Positions 47,296 to 47,498 of a DNA stretch of 47,498 nucleotides are shown in pieces (the stretch's first letter is position 1; every line of letters starts with the position of its first letter). Origin of the DNA: Chloroflexota bacterium (lineage in GTDB: Bacteria > Chloroflexota > Anaerolineae > Anaerolineales > UBA11858). The notes beneath the pieces were generated by a model. It had not been told where the DNA came from. It was given only the letters and a program-made list of their open reading frames with translations, and did not search any database. A program made the position numbers and the translations under genes. The stretch is from assembly GCA_043818215.1 (NCBI GenBank), contig JBDRGC010000459.1, positions 1 through 47,498 on the forward strand, given 5' to 3'.

Positions 47296-47498
47296 AACCC
47301 CGTGGGGTTTCGAAAGTTTCTAGCTCCCTGGGAATTGCCGGGGTAAGGGGAGCAAAACTGGGCATGGTTCAAATAAGCCAATATTTCCATTACAGTTTCA
47401 GCGTAGTTCGCCGGTTGAGTAGGCGGCATTTTCGCCGTATCGACATCGTGCCCTTTAGGGTAAACCAAGAACGGGTCTCATAAATGCCGCTACGCCTT

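Noticed and set aside
47265-47468. 67-aa minus-strand ORF upstream of the ECF sigma gene
   Set aside because: It has no RBS and no recognisable motif, and it overlaps the sigma start region. It is probably the promoter/leader region instead.

Overview
This 47.5 kb window is from a moderately GC-rich bacterial chromosome. The proteins look Chloroflexota-like to me, but I could not verify that without a search.

Gene content, left to right:
- sucCD, then a convergent acpP.
- fni (type-2 IDI) plus a polyprenyl synthase.
- A hemW-like radical-SAM gene with an apparent frameshift.
- A complete minus-strand rrn operon (16S, tRNA-Ile, tRNA-Ala, 23S, 5S).
- recR, ybaB and dnaX.
- A LysM/LTD envelope protein and a YacP/NYN-like gene.
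- nuoABCDE, a 2.8 kb insertion, then nuoFGHIJK. No nuoLMN follows.
- A minus-strand, probably TetR-controlled beta-oxidation cluster: tetR, an MBL hydrolase, two acyl-CoA dehydrogenases, two paralogous lipoproteins, a fadN-like gene, a GxxExxY cassette, a thiolase and an SCP2 protein.
- A HAMP class-III cyclase translationally coupled to a Pro/Thr-rich membrane protein.
- An ECF sigma, DegV and small membrane protein operon.

I see no CRISPR-Cas, restriction-modification or other canonical multi-gene defence system. The housekeeping genes are ordinary; the non-coding and accessory DNA is not:
1. Dispersed families of 7-9 nt tandem repeats (STRR-like) fill almost every intergenic spacer. They often occur as inverted pairs, and stop-free versions sit in frame inside hemW and nuoG.
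2. There are at least three families of small non-autonomous elements with terminal inverted repeats. Two have clean target-site duplications and one is nested inside another.
3. A GxxExxY (PD-(D/E)XK) gene is bracketed by inverted 9-mer arrays, and a deletion derivative of the same unit lies next to it.
4. A decayed HEPN/MNT pair lies between nuoE and nuoF and is itself split by a low-GC cassette of two secreted-protein genes.

All coordinates were read by hand. rRNA ends and some start codons are approximate.
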